Below are positions 9,571-19,488 of a stretch of 64,000 nt of DNA, piece after piece; position 1 is the stretch's first letter, and the number at the start of each line of letters is the position of its first letter. The notes beneath the pieces were generated by a model. It searched no databases, was not told the origin of the DNA, and was given only the letters and a program-made list of their open reading frames with translations. The position numbers were made by a program, and so were the translations under genes. This stretch comes from a virus (taxonomy: Duplodnaviria > Caudoviricetes): IMG/VR virus record IMGVR_UViG_3300042260_000337; one strand, 5' to 3'.

Positions 9571-11664
9571 TTATGCTAGTAATGTGAATAAGACCCAAGC
9601 GTGGGTAGTGGTGCCAAACTGTCGGGATGCGCCAGTATCAACTTCTGCTAACTTCAATGTCATCTTGGCAGTTCCAAAGTTTCCAAAAGCAGTTGGAGCG
9701 CCAGCAACTCCACCACCTGATATTTTTCTAGTGGTCATGTCGGCTGTGATAGGAGTAATAACATACTCATTTGTCGCATAAGCATATCCGTATATCATTG
9801 TGTTTGCTGGTGGTAAGCTATAATCTGGGAAAGTAAATTCAATAATACCACCCGCTGTTGATACTACGTTTGCAGTAATCCCGCCTGTTAGGTTTGAAAC
9901 ACTTATTACAGAACCATCAGTTGCATAGTTTATCTTTGCATATTCAACTGCGGTTGCGATTGGCTTATCCAATAGATCGTTGTATGAGCCAGTGGTTGCA
10001 ATTGTTGATAAATCGGCAGAGTTTGCTTTAGCATCAATCTGAGATGAAACACTTGTAAAATACTCTGGGTCATTATTGATTGCTGTGGCAAGTTCACTTA
10101 GGGTGTCAAGTGTTTCTGGTGCCAAACCAACCACGTTTGCCAGTGCATTGTCAACATATGATATGGTAGCGTAATCATTTTGAAGAGTAGTGTTTACGTA
10201 AGAGACGGTTGCAAATTGTGTTAGGTCTGGAACGTTACTTAGTGTATCGTATGATACTTCTAAGTTTGCCAAGTCACTTTGTATTTGTTGCACTGCTTCT
10301 GCAATAGTGATATAACCAATGTCGTTATCAAATGAACTTAGTGTGGATGGAGTATTGATTAGATTGGTATATTCTTTACCAATAAAAATCTCAACGCCGT
10401 TATAAACTAGGTCGCCTTCTGGGTCAATACTTAGGGTGTTTTCGCCAATATCAATAGTGTTACCAGATAGATACAAGTCTCTGAAACGATTCGTAGGAGA
10501 ACCAAGGTCTTGCTGTATGTTGGTCGCTGGAACAAAACTCCATCCCTCGTTTAGTGTAACTGTTTGAGTTTCACTGTCAGCGGTAAGGCCGGGGAAGCCT
10601 GTGATTGGTTCGCCATTCCATAGTAGCTCTGTGCCATTAGATGACAGTGTGTTATTGTCAATGTGAACAGATGCATTTGATAGATATACTTCTGACCAAC
10701 GATTAGTTGGAGAACCAAGTGATTGTGTGCCGTTGTCTTGTGGAACAAATGTCCATCCAGAATCAAGAATGATATTATGGCCGATTTCTTCAATGGTCAA
10801 ACCTTCAAGGTCTGCTTCAACCAAGTCAAGATTAACAGAGTTTCCGCCAGAAATAGTTAGTGTTGTGCCATCAATAGACAATAGCTGAACAGTCCCAGAA
10901 CCACCACCACCTGACGGTGCCGCTGCTATCCACTTGCTGCCATCATATGCTAAAAGATCACCAACATTTCCAGAAATAGTTAGGTTGTCAGAAAGAACCG
11001 CAGTTCCCTGTAGAGTTTCAGCGTAAATATCATTGAATCTTCTTAGTGGAGAACCAATATCCCACATGTTATTTTGGTCTGGGACGCTATGGCCATCTGT
11101 TCTAATGAACTTTGCTTGTGTCTCGGATTTTGAGTATACGTCAAGTTCTTGTCTTGCCGCTGCTATGTTTGCCAGATCGGATAGATTGTTATCTATCTCT
11201 AGGTATGTTCCTTGTCCTACAGTTCCAGAAATAGATACCGTTATGGTAGACCCGTTGTCCGAAATGGATAGTCCGTTTCCGACTGCAAGACTTTTGAACT
11301 CAAAGTCATCGTTTCCATTCAACTGTGCAAATATCGGAGTTCCGTTGCCAAGATTTGTAGCAGTCTGAATTTCATTTTCAAAAGTATTTGAGATTACTAA
11401 TGCGTCACCGTTGTCAACGATAGAAATATTATTTCCCGCAATGAGTGTTTTTAGTTCTAAATCGTTTCCAGTAACACCATATGAGATGCCAACGCCTATA
11501 CCAACATCGGTCACGTTTGTAACTGGTGTGGTATTTGCTCCAGTTCCAGAGCCGTATGCGTTTACAAATGCATTTTCACTTGCATCAAATATTAGTATTT
11601 GGTCTTGTTCTAGTGTCCCTACCAGCTTAAATGTAGGTGAAAATGGTTGTGCGTTAATGCTCAT
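9571..11664 (-). CDS. Tail-fibre-like virion protein
   Basis: 697 aa with repeated (D/S)LGSPTNR(F/W) fibre motifs and FKSL.(A/V)G units. Confidence 0.6.
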   Translation of the reverse strand: MSINAQPFSPTFKLVGTLEQDQILIFDASENAFVNAYGSGTGANTTPVTNVTDVGIGVGISYGVTGNDLELKTLIAGNNISIVDNGDALVISNTFENEIQTATNLGNGTPIFAQLNGNDDFEFKSLAVGNGLSISDNGSTITVSISGTVGQGTYLEIDNNLSDLANIAAARQELDVYSKSETQAKFIRTDGHSVPDQNNMWDIGSPLRRFNDIYAETLQGTAVLSDNLTISGNVGDLLAYDGSKWIAAAPSGGGGSGTVQLLSIDGTTLTISGGNSVNLDLVEADLEGLTIEEIGHNIILDSGWTFVPQDNGTQSLGSPTNRWSEVYLSNASVHIDNNTLSSNGTELLWNGEPITGFPGLTADSETQTVTLNEGWSFVPATNIQQDLGSPTNRFRDLYLSGNTIDIGENTLSIDPEGDLVYNGVEIFIGKEYTNLINTPSTLSSFDNDIGYITIAEAVQQIQSDLANLEVSYDTLSNVPDLTQFATVSYVNTTLQNDYATISYVDNALANVVGLAPETLDTLSELATAINNDPEYFTSVSSQIDAKANSADLSTIATTGSYNDLLDKPIATAVEYAKINYATDGSVISVSNLTGGITANVVSTAGGIIEFTFPDYSLPPANTMIYGYAYATNEYVITPITADMTTRKISGGGVAGAPTAFGNFGTAKMTLKLAEVDTGASRQFGTTTHAWVLFTLLA

Positions 11665-11676
11665 TTCCTTCGCCCC

Positions 11677-12045
11677 TTAGTAATTCAAATATATTTTTTC
11701 AATGTATCCAGCATTTGTTACATTCGTAATACCAATAGAATCTCTATCAAGTATTGCTCGTAAAAAAACTAGATTGGCGACGAAGGTAATCCCCTCAACG
11801 CCAGTAAATGATTGATAATCTTTGTAAGGCATTCCGTTTAGAAGAATATTGAACCAGTCACTTTCGGTAGGATTGGTTGCTAATGTTCCTTGAATGCGAA
11901 CACGGCCCGATAGATTCTGCCCATATATGGCAATTGTATGCAGCCCGTCAGTATATCCATAATAACTATCGCCAGGAACGGGTGTCCCTGTAACATTTAG
12001 ATTTACTCCGCTGTTTCCCATAAGGGTAGAAGTTTTACGTGCCAT
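11677..12045 (-). CDS. Hypothetical (probable virion) protein
   Basis: 122 aa ORF in structural cluster. Confidence 0.55.
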   Translation of the reverse strand: MARKTSTLMGNSGVNLNVTGTPVPGDSYYGYTDGLHTIAIYGQNLSGRVRIQGTLATNPTESDWFNILLNGMPYKDYQSFTGVEGITFVANLVFLRAILDRDSIGITNVTNAGYIEKIYLNY

Positions 12046-12058
12046 CGTGATTGGTTCC

Positions 12059-12229
12059 TTACTCTTCTATTTTTTCTACTTCGACAACAACGCCAGAACC
12101 CAGCAGTTCTGCCACGACTTGTTCCAATGTTGAAACAATGTCATCTGACAAAACGCTGGGTTCTGAGTTGTTATTTTTGGTAAGTTTGGATACTTTGACT
12201 AGAAGGATTTCTTCTTTTATTTGTGCCAT
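12059..12229 (-). CDS. Small hypothetical protein (56 aa, MAQIKEEILLVKVSKL...)
   Basis: Read manually; SD GAGG upstream; fills gap between neighbours. Confidence 0.55.
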   Translation of the reverse strand: MAQIKEEILLVKVSKLTKNNNSEPSVLSDDIVSTLEQVVAELLGSGVVVEVEKIEE

Positions 12230-12290
12230 GGTTGTTTCCTCTTGTTATGCTTATTCTTATTTATCATAAGAACACAACAAGAGGAAATGG

Positions 12291-13025
12291 TCACTTTAGT
12301 TCGTCAATCAACACTGCTCGTTTTACTGAAAGGACCATATCTCCACCGATCATGGCCAAGTAACTTGCGGTTTGTTCATCGTCACATGCAACCGCTAATG
12401 TAGAGTATTGCCAATATCGTCGTTTATCTACCTCTGCAAGATTTGGAGATATGTAGATATTTTCCAATGAAGAAGCCATTTCTCTGAATGAAACCACTTC
12501 TTTAAGATCGACATCGCGACCAGCGATCATCGTAATCTTATAACGATGACGCTCATAATACAAACATTTTCTTACTTCTTCGGTTACGGAAAGTTTTGAC
12601 TTTACTTCGTCATAATCTTCAAATGCTGGCTCACATTCATCTATTGCAAACTCCCTGTAGTTTGCAAAGTTTTTAATTTGCTCATACAGTTCTTTTGACG
12701 TTATATAGATCAACGTATGGATAGAGTCATTGCGAACTTTGATTTCACCCTTGTTTGTCTGTGAAAGTTTTTCTATTTGGTCATGTAATCCTAATCTACG
12801 CGCCAATTCATCTTCTGTTGAAGGGTAATGTCGAACTGTAAAATGAGCACTATATCCAAAACTTCTGTTTTTTTCCGAAGTCATCGTTGATGGATTTAGG
12901 GCGTATTCCAAATATTTGTCATAAAAGTTGAATATAAGTTTAGTTCGTATTCTAAACTTATACTTCTTGTAAAATGGCTTTGTAACGATTTCTTTTTTGA
13001 TTCGTTTATACTTAAACATACTCAA
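12291..13025 (-). CDS. Hypothetical protein
   Basis: 244 aa ORF overlapping clpA stop. Confidence 0.6.
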   Translation of the reverse strand: MSMFKYKRIKKEIVTKPFYKKYKFRIRTKLIFNFYDKYLEYALNPSTMTSEKNRSFGYSAHFTVRHYPSTEDELARRLGLHDQIEKLSQTNKGEIKVRNDSIHTLIYITSKELYEQIKNFANYREFAIDECEPAFEDYDEVKSKLSVTEEVRKCLYYERHRYKITMIAGRDVDLKEVVSFREMASSLENIYISPNLAEVDKRRYWQYSTLAVACDDEQTASYLAMIGGDMVLSVKRAVLIDELK

Positions 13026-15231
13026 ATGTCAATCCTTCCTCATTCACTGAAACATTTACTGTTCCGCCATTGACAAGCCGACCAAACAAAATCTCTTTTG
13101 AGATTGGCTTCTTGATGCTGTCATGAACAACCCGCTGTAGAGGACGTGCGCCCATGTTTGGCTGATATCCCTTATCGCAAACCCAAGACCTTGCTTCGTC
13201 ACTGAGCACAATTTTGATATTCTTTTCTTCAAGCATGGTGTTTAGTTCTTTTACTGCCTTGTCAACAATCATTAGAATATGGTCTTTGTCCAGATTTTTG
13301 AACTCAACCACTGCATCAAGGCGGTTACGAAACTCAGGAGAGAAGAACTTCTCAATCGCAATCTTACTTGCATCATCGTTGCTGTTGCTAAATCCAATCG
13401 CTTGCTTTGAGCGTTGTGCAGCACCAAGGTTAGAAGTCATAATAAGAATGACGTTACTGAAATCAGCAGTCTTACCAGTTGAAGAAGTCAACTTGCCATC
13501 ATCCATAACTTGAAGAAGAAGGTTCATAACACTTGGATGTGCCTTTTCAACTTCGTCAAGAAGAACAATGCAGTTTGGAGTTTCTTCAACTTCATTGATG
13601 AGTTTACCAGAACCAACTCCACCTTCAGCATGTCCGACATAACCAGGAGGTGCGCCAATCAGTTTTGATACTGAATGGGATTCCATATATTCTGACATGT
13701 CATACTTACGCAGCTTGACATTCAGGTTGTCAGCAAGTTGACGACATACTTCTGTCTTACCAGTTCCAGTTGGTCCAACAAACAGGAACGAACCGACTGG
13801 TTTATTTCGTGGTCGCATACCAGCTTTAGCAACAAAGATTGCATCGGTCAATTGTTGAACTGCCGTATCTTGTCCAAAGATTTTTGACTTGATATTATCT
13901 TCTAGCTTTTCGTAATTGGTGTTCTGTTTTGCATCAATCATATCAAGAGAGATATTCGCAATTTTTGAAATTGCTTTGCGAATTTCATCATCGGTGATAC
14001 GGTCAGTAGTCTTATGCAGCTTTGCTTGTGCGCCCGCTACGTCAATAACGTCAATAGCACGGTCTGGGTTGAACCTGTTGAAGATGTATCGTTCTGCCAA
14101 GTCAACGGCTAAGTCAAGAGCACTATCATCATACGATACATTATGAAATGCCTCGTAGTATTCGCGCAACCCACGAAGGATTAGCTTAGTGTCGGCATTG
14201 CTTGGTTGGTCAATATTCAGACGCTGGAAACGGCGCTGTAGAGCACGATCCTTTTCAAAGTTCTCACGGTATTCTTCACTGGTAGTTGCACCAATACAGT
14301 GCAGCTTTCCACTTGCCAACAATGGTTTTAGAAGGTTTGCAATGTCAATGTTAGACCCGCCAGCATTACCAGCGCCCATAATCATATGGATTTCGTCAAT
14401 AAACAGAATTGCGTTGTCTTTTTTGGCAAGTTGGTCAAACACAATCTTGGCACGTTCTTCAAACTCGCCACGATATTTGGTTCCCGCAACCATTGCAGTC
14501 ACGTCAAGTGAATAGACAACCTTGTCTTCTAGGGTGTGCGGAACTGTTCCTTCCACAATCATAAGGGCAAGACCTTCTGCGATTGCAGTTTTACCAACCC
14601 CTGGTTCGCCAACAATAATGACATTGTTCTTCTTGCGACGAGCAAGAACTTCTGCAACTTCTGTAAGTTCACGAGTGCGGCCAACGATTGGGTCAATTAG
14701 ACCTTCTGATGCTTGGCGGTTTAGGTTGGTGCAGAAGTCTTCAAAGCGAATTTGTTGATTTCCACCACCTGAAGCACCCTGTGGAGATAGACCAGCCGCC
14801 GCATTGTGTTCATTTGTAATAATTTCAATTGCTTTGTTGCGGTCTGCACCATGCTTCTTCAATACGAAGTATGCATAGGAGTTCTTTTCACTCAGTAAAG
14901 AAATAAAGATATCTTTGCATACCAGTTTTGTGCTACCAGAGAAGATAGCTTGTGTCACAGCACGGTTGAATACGCGGTCAAGGGCAAGTGTTTTTCTTGG
15001 TTCATGCCCATTTGCATTTGGAATGTCATCGCGTTCACGCAAAAAGGTTTCAAGGTCTGAAACGATAGAACCAACATCTACTCGCATCTTATTGAGGAAG
15101 GCTATTACATCATCTTCTTCCAGAATTGAATAGAGAAGGTGTTCCAAAGTCACGTATTCATGTGCAAGTGCGGTCGCTTTTTGAATTGCACGTTCAATGG
15201 AAAGATTTACACGGTCAGGTTGGTTGCTCAT
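13012..15231 (-). CDS. clpA: ATP-dependent Clp protease ATP-binding subunit ClpA
   Basis: Clp N-domain (HEYVTLEHLL), Walker A GEPGVGKT and GPTGTGKT, KDRALQRRF, LIGAPPGYVG, IGF ClpP-docking loop, GARPL. Confidence 0.95.
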   Translation of the reverse strand: MSNQPDRVNLSIERAIQKATALAHEYVTLEHLLYSILEEDDVIAFLNKMRVDVGSIVSDLETFLRERDDIPNANGHEPRKTLALDRVFNRAVTQAIFSGSTKLVCKDIFISLLSEKNSYAYFVLKKHGADRNKAIEIITNEHNAAAGLSPQGASGGGNQQIRFEDFCTNLNRQASEGLIDPIVGRTRELTEVAEVLARRKKNNVIIVGEPGVGKTAIAEGLALMIVEGTVPHTLEDKVVYSLDVTAMVAGTKYRGEFEERAKIVFDQLAKKDNAILFIDEIHMIMGAGNAGGSNIDIANLLKPLLASGKLHCIGATTSEEYRENFEKDRALQRRFQRLNIDQPSNADTKLILRGLREYYEAFHNVSYDDSALDLAVDLAERYIFNRFNPDRAIDVIDVAGAQAKLHKTTDRITDDEIRKAISKIANISLDMIDAKQNTNYEKLEDNIKSKIFGQDTAVQQLTDAIFVAKAGMRPRNKPVGSFLFVGPTGTGKTEVCRQLADNLNVKLRKYDMSEYMESHSVSKLIGAPPGYVGHAEGGVGSGKLINEVEETPNCIVLLDEVEKAHPSVMNLLLQVMDDGKLTSSTGKTADFSNVILIMTSNLGAAQRSKQAIGFSNSNDDASKIAIEKFFSPEFRNRLDAVVEFKNLDKDHILMIVDKAVKELNTMLEEKNIKIVLSDEARSWVCDKGYQPNMGARPLQRVVHDSIKKPISKEILFGRLVNGGTVNVSVNEEGLTFEYV

Positions 15232-15613
15232 TTTTGTCCTTGATTTTCACTAATAGGGTTAGGTTTGGCAAAATGTTTTCTACTTTGATGGTATCGCCAA
15301 CTCTTGTTTGATATGGAACGAATACTTCAACTTGATACTTATCAATTTCTATAAGTATGTTTTCTCCAAGATAGTCTTTCAACTCTTTGTGAGAAGTGTA
15401 TATTGTCGTTTTGAATATTTGGGAAGATGGCGGAAGATTGGATAAGGTTTCATACGCTTCAACTATCTGTCTAAACTTTTCGGTATCGCCACCAATGTCT
15501 GGGTGATATTTTTTGACAAGTTCATTGAATCGTTGTTTTAGTTCATCGGATGTGAAGTTAGTTGGTAGTTCAAATAGTTTGATTGATTCAGTCGGTGACA
15601 TAGTAGCGTTCAT
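15215..15613 (-). CDS. J-domain (DnaJ-like) protein
   Basis: LVKKYHPDIGGDTEKFRQIVEAYETL; start moved to MNAT. Confidence 0.85.
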   Translation of the reverse strand: MNATMSPTESIKLFELPTNFTSDELKQRFNELVKKYHPDIGGDTEKFRQIVEAYETLSNLPPSSQIFKTTIYTSHKELKDYLGENILIEIDKYQVEVFVPYQTRVGDTIKVENILPNLTLLVKIKDKNEQPT

Positions 15614-15956
15614 ACGCAGCAATGATACTCTTTTGTTGTGAAACAAGTTCCAGAACACTTGCCATGTTCAGGCTCAATTGTTCATATCCATTTGCATCTA
15701 TTGCAAAGAGAACGACAGACTTACCATTCTTTTCCAAGTCGTTGAATACCTCATCTACGTTTTCACGAGTAACAACGATATAGTCAACAGTTTTTAGATT
15801 GAGGGTTGATATTTTTGGCAAAACCAATGCTGGCTTTGGAGTTGGAACCGCAGAGTATGTGACTGGTTCTGGCTTTGGAGAACAAGCACTAAGGACGGTA
15901 ATTGGGATTAGCAATGTCAGTGCAACTGAGATTGATTTCACTTGGTTTCGTAGCAT
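15588..15956 (-). CDS. Lipoprotein, o-spanin (Rz1)-like
   Basis: Lipobox VLSAC followed by Pro-rich segment; overlaps upstream i-spanin-like gene. Confidence 0.55.
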   Translation of the reverse strand: MLRNQVKSISVALTLLIPITVLSACSPKPEPVTYSAVPTPKPALVLPKISTLNLKTVDYIVVTRENVDEVFNDLEKNGKSVVLFAIDANGYEQLSLNMASVLELVSQQKSIIAAYERYYVTD

Positions 15957-16374
15957 TCAATTCTTCCTGTGTTAGTGGGCTTCCACTTTGTATTTCAAAA
16001 CATCTTAGCACATCTTGGCTTGCTTTGTCAATGATTTTTTCTACTAACTTTGGTTTTGATTGTGCTAAAAAACCAAGGTCGTGCTCACTTAGTTTTTCTT
16101 CAAGTGCTGCCACGCGGTCTGATGCAATGGAAAAATCTTTTTGGGTTTTCTCAAATTCAGTTCGAATTTCTTCTATGTTTTTTTGTAGTTCTTTTAGAGT
16201 TGCTTCGGCAGATTGTTGTGCTTGTTCTGCAAGTGCAGCATTAGTGCGATACGTCTGTATTTGATCCTGAGTGTATGTATAATACTTCCAAGCACCAAAC
16301 GATGCCAGTCCCAATACTAATGTTACGATTGAACCAACAATCAAATATTTCTTTATGTTATTAAATGCAAACAT
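15889..16374 (-). CDS. i-spanin (Rz)-like protein
   Basis: N-terminal TM helix then long coiled coil and two Cys. Confidence 0.55.
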   Translation of the reverse strand: MFAFNNIKKYLIVGSIVTLVLGLASFGAWKYYTYTQDQIQTYRTNAALAEQAQQSAEATLKELQKNIEEIRTEFEKTQKDFSIASDRVAALEEKLSEHDLGFLAQSKPKLVEKIIDKASQDVLRCFEIQSGSPLTQEELNATKPSEINLSCTDIANPNYRP

Positions 16375-16592
16375 TACTTATACCTATACGTTATTCGACC
16401 TTTACTTAGATCATATGGGGTCATTTCCATTTTTACTTTGTCATACAATATCACTTTGATATTATTGGTTCTCATTTTACCAGACAAAATACCTTCAACT
16501 TCATGCCCATTGTCAAGTTTAACACGAAATCTACCATTTGGCAACACGTCAATTACTTGACCTTCAACTTCTATCGATTCTTCTTTAGCCAT
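16374..16592 (-). CDS. infA: Translation initiation factor IF-1
   Basis: [56 protein letters not shown], 72 aa. Confidence 0.95.
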   Translation of the reverse strand: MAKEESIEVEGQVIDVLPNGRFRVKLDNGHEVEGILSGKMRTNNIKVILYDKVKMEMTPYDLSKGRITYRYK

Positions 16593-16984
16593 TCTTTGAT
16601 TTGCTTCTCCGTTATTGTTACTTTGCTTCCAGAAAAGAACTGTAGGTTCCATTCTTCAACATTGCATAGCTGCCCCGCATCTAGCAATATTTCAAACACC
16701 GTTTTCATCATTTCCAAGTTATTTTTGATTTCAATGAAAACAAGGTAGAACCCCGAATCATCTGGGTTTGGAGAAACTTCGGTATCAATAACTTTAGTAG
16801 CGCCTTTTTCTATAAACCCTGCCAAGTCCTGTGCTGGTGGTTCATCAGCAACATAAAATGCAAGAACGGTAACTTCATCTGCGCCACCAGTCTTTGGTTC
16901 AAACTCAGCAATACTTACGTCCCTTTTCACTAGGGATTGCAAGTCGCCTTTTTCTACACCTTCTACAATTTTACGGCGTTTCAT
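16571..16984 (-). CDS. Hypothetical protein
   Basis: 137 aa ORF, tiles with neighbours. Confidence 0.6.
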   Translation of the reverse strand: MKRRKIVEGVEKGDLQSLVKRDVSIAEFEPKTGGADEVTVLAFYVADEPPAQDLAGFIEKGATKVIDTEVSPNPDDSGFYLVFIEIKNNLEMMKTVFEILLDAGQLCNVEEWNLQFFSGSKVTITEKQIKEWLKKNR

Positions 16985-17499
16985 TTTGAACCTCCTTGAT
17001 TTTCAATATTGGTTTCATCATCAAGTCCATCATCATATGCTTGGTTTAGTTCATCTACATCAACGGAATCACCATCCACATTGATTTTATCATCGGTGAA
17101 CTCATCAATGAAACGTCTTGGCATCCATACATCAATCAGCCAAACTTTATGCTTCTTGAGTTTTGGTCTGTTGTTCTCATCCAAATCTTCGCGAGATTTG
17201 ACATCAACGGGAACTTTCAAAATGCCTTTTTTGAACTCTACTTCGCAGCCAAGTTCCACTAAACGTCTTGCACCCTTTGGGTCTGGCATCTTCTTATATG
17301 GATACATCAGCTTTACATAAAGCCAGTAACGAGAAAGGGATGGACCTTCTATTACTTCGCCATATTTCCAGTTATCATATACATACAGCCCTTGCTTATC
17401 AAAGACATGCTCAAATTCCAATAGCATATCAAGCAAAGTTCCGTTTGCATCAATATCTCGTAGATTGTCTAAAACATCTTCATTATCTATTTCTGACAT
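16981..17499 (-). CDS. Hypothetical protein
   Basis: 172 aa ORF downstream of ATAAATA late-type motif. Confidence 0.6.
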   Translation of the reverse strand: MSEIDNEDVLDNLRDIDANGTLLDMLLEFEHVFDKQGLYVYDNWKYGEVIEGPSLSRYWLYVKLMYPYKKMPDPKGARRLVELGCEVEFKKGILKVPVDVKSREDLDENNRPKLKKHKVWLIDVWMPRRFIDEFTDDKINVDGDSVDVDELNQAYDDGLDDETNIENQGGSK

Positions 17500-17574
17500 A
17501 CATATTCTCCGTCAATTATAATGTATTTATCCATGGTTTATAATAATAAATATTTTTACAATATGGAGAAGCCT

Positions 17575-17802
17575 ATGACTGAAAACCCAAAACTTATTAT
17601 TAGTATTGATGAAATTTACGATATGAGAGACCGCAAACGTCTTGAATTAGAATATTATACCAAACAACTGCTTGAATTACAAGAGAAAATGTCTTTCATT
17701 CGTCGCGAAATAGTATTGACTGAGACTATCATAAAGTTAGTTGAGAGTGACAAAGTGATAGATTTGATCAACAGTGACACGTTCATGCTTCCCAAAAAAT
17801 AA
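17575..17802 (+). CDS. Small coiled-coil hypothetical protein
   Basis: SD GGAG before ATG at 17575. Confidence 0.55.
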   Translation: MTENPKLIISIDEIYDMRDRKRLELEYYTKQLLELQEKMSFIRREIVLTETIIKLVESDKVIDLINSDTFMLPKK

Positions 17803-17891
17803 GGTATAATGGCAACCTTTGATTGAAAAAATGATAAGTAATAGTGAGTTAGTAAAAACTCATCTGAAAATCCCCCAACGGAGGAAAAAAT

Positions 17892-18644
17892 ATGGCACGA
17901 AAAAAGCGTGTTGAACGACAACCACAGCGAGTCAGCCATGAGACTCGTTCGTATGAATCAAATGGCGGTGTAGTTCCTCTGCACAGAAAAACAATCCCAA
18001 CAATATTGCCCAGAAATGTGGCACAAGAAGATTACCTATATCAGTTGGCCGACCCACAAAACAACATAGTTTTTGCGATTGGTCCAGCAGGAACAGGTAA
18101 GACCCTTCTTTGCACACAGATGGGCGTAAAGGCTTTTATGGAAAGAGAGGTGAAGAAGATTGTTATTACTCGTCCAGCCGTATCGGTAGACGAGCAACAT
18201 GGTTTCTTACCAGGAGACCTAAACGAAAAGATGGCTCCTTGGACAAGACCAATATTTGATATACTTGAAAAACACTTCACAGTAGATCAAATCACGATGA
18301 TGTTAGAAAATCATATCATCGAAATCGCGCCACTCGCTTATATGCGCGGTAGAACATTTGAAGACTCTTGGATTATTGCAGATGAAATGCAAAACGCTAC
18401 CAAGTCTCAAATGAAGATGCTTCTAACACGTATCGGAAATAATACTAAGATGATAGTCACCGGAGACCTAAAGCAGCATGATCGCGGATTTTCAGAGAAT
18501 GGTCTTTCCGATTTTATGGACTTGGTAAAACGATACGAAATGGCAAACCTAAAACATATTGCTATTTCCAGATTCGATATGATGGACGTTGAACGCCATC
18601 CTGCCGTAGTTGAAGTTCTAAAAATATACGGAGAAGACGACTAA
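17892..18644 (+). CDS. phoH: PhoH-like ATPase
   Basis: GPAGTGKT, ITRP, GFLPGDL.EKM.PW, PLAYMRGRTF, DEMQN, LTRIG, GDLKQHD, RHP.V. Confidence 0.95.
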   Translation: MARKKRVERQPQRVSHETRSYESNGGVVPLHRKTIPTILPRNVAQEDYLYQLADPQNNIVFAIGPAGTGKTLLCTQMGVKAFMEREVKKIVITRPAVSVDEQHGFLPGDLNEKMAPWTRPIFDILEKHFTVDQITMMLENHIIEIAPLAYMRGRTFEDSWIIADEMQNATKSQMKMLLTRIGNNTKMIVTGDLKQHDRGFSENGLSDFMDLVKRYEMANLKHIAISRFDMMDVERHPAVVEVLKIYGEDD

Positions 18645-18670
18645 AAAAAGGGGGCATCAGCCCCCTTTTT
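18645..18670. terminator. Bidirectional terminator between convergent phoH and HD gene
   Basis: AAAAAAAGGGGGC..GCCCCCTTTTTT. Confidence 0.75.
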
Positions 18671-19118
18671 CAACTTCTTGAAGTTTTGCCATAATTTCAA
18701 GATAGAACCGATGGTATTTTTCCATACGGACAATATCCTTTTCAGTCACACCTTTCAGGCGACGAACATCAGTATTGTGGCGAAGATCGCACATCTTGAC
18801 TTTCATGGCATCAACGTTTGAGAAAACACCCTCTTTGTATTCTTCATACGTCTGGCCAGGAACTTTGGTCAACGCACGAATACCATTGATGACACGCTCA
18901 CTGATACCAGCATCACGCAAGTCTTTGTAAGTTACTTTCGTGTCTTCAATCACGTCATGACCAAGAGCGATGCACTGAAGTTCTTCGTCATTCGTTTTCA
19001 GATAATGCATCACTTTCATCGGATGCAGAATGTAAGGAGTGCCACCACGATCAAACTGCCCATCATGGGCGTTGGTGGCAATCAGAATCATCTTACTGAG
19101 CATTTCACCTTTTTTCAT
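18657..19118 (-). CDS. RelA/SpoT-type HD hydrolase (small alarmone hydrolase-like)
   Basis: AHDGQFDRGGTPYILHP..V..ALGHDVIEDT..VKMCDLRHN. Confidence 0.8.
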   Translation of the reverse strand: MKKGEMLSKMILIATNAHDGQFDRGGTPYILHPMKVMHYLKTNDEELQCIALGHDVIEDTKVTYKDLRDAGISERVINGIRALTKVPGQTYEEYKEGVFSNVDAMKVKMCDLRHNTDVRRLKGVTEKDIVRMEKYHRFYLEIMAKLQEVEKGG

Positions 19119-19280
19119 CTTCTTCTCCTTTGTTACAGTTATATCCTATCAGCGATAGAAAGCACTGTCAACGTGTTTTTTGAAGAATCTCAGAAAGTTC
19201 AAGGATTTCCTCAATGTCATCAGCATAAAGATTCATAAACTGTTTCAAGAACTCGTTTTCTTCATCTTCAAACTCATCGT

Positions 19281-19487
19281 TTACTGCTTCGGTGTTGGGA
19301 TTTGTTCGCATGTTTTCAGCACTTCCATTACTTCTTTTGCGGGGATTGGTGATTCTACTAAGTCGCCGTTTGCGTCAATGATATACTTTATGTTGTTGTT
19401 ATAGATGGTGTCAATACTGTCCAACTTTACAAACGAGTGATCTCCGATTTGGAGCCAAAAAAAGCCAGCAATGAGGATGCAAGTCAT
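19281..19487 (-). CDS. Small hypothetical protein
   Basis: ORF following RNA ligase. Confidence 0.45.
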   Translation of the reverse strand: MTCILIAGFFWLQIGDHSFVKLDSIDTIYNNNIKYIIDANGDLVESPIPAKEVMEVLKTCEQIPTPKQ

Positions 19488-19488
19488 C

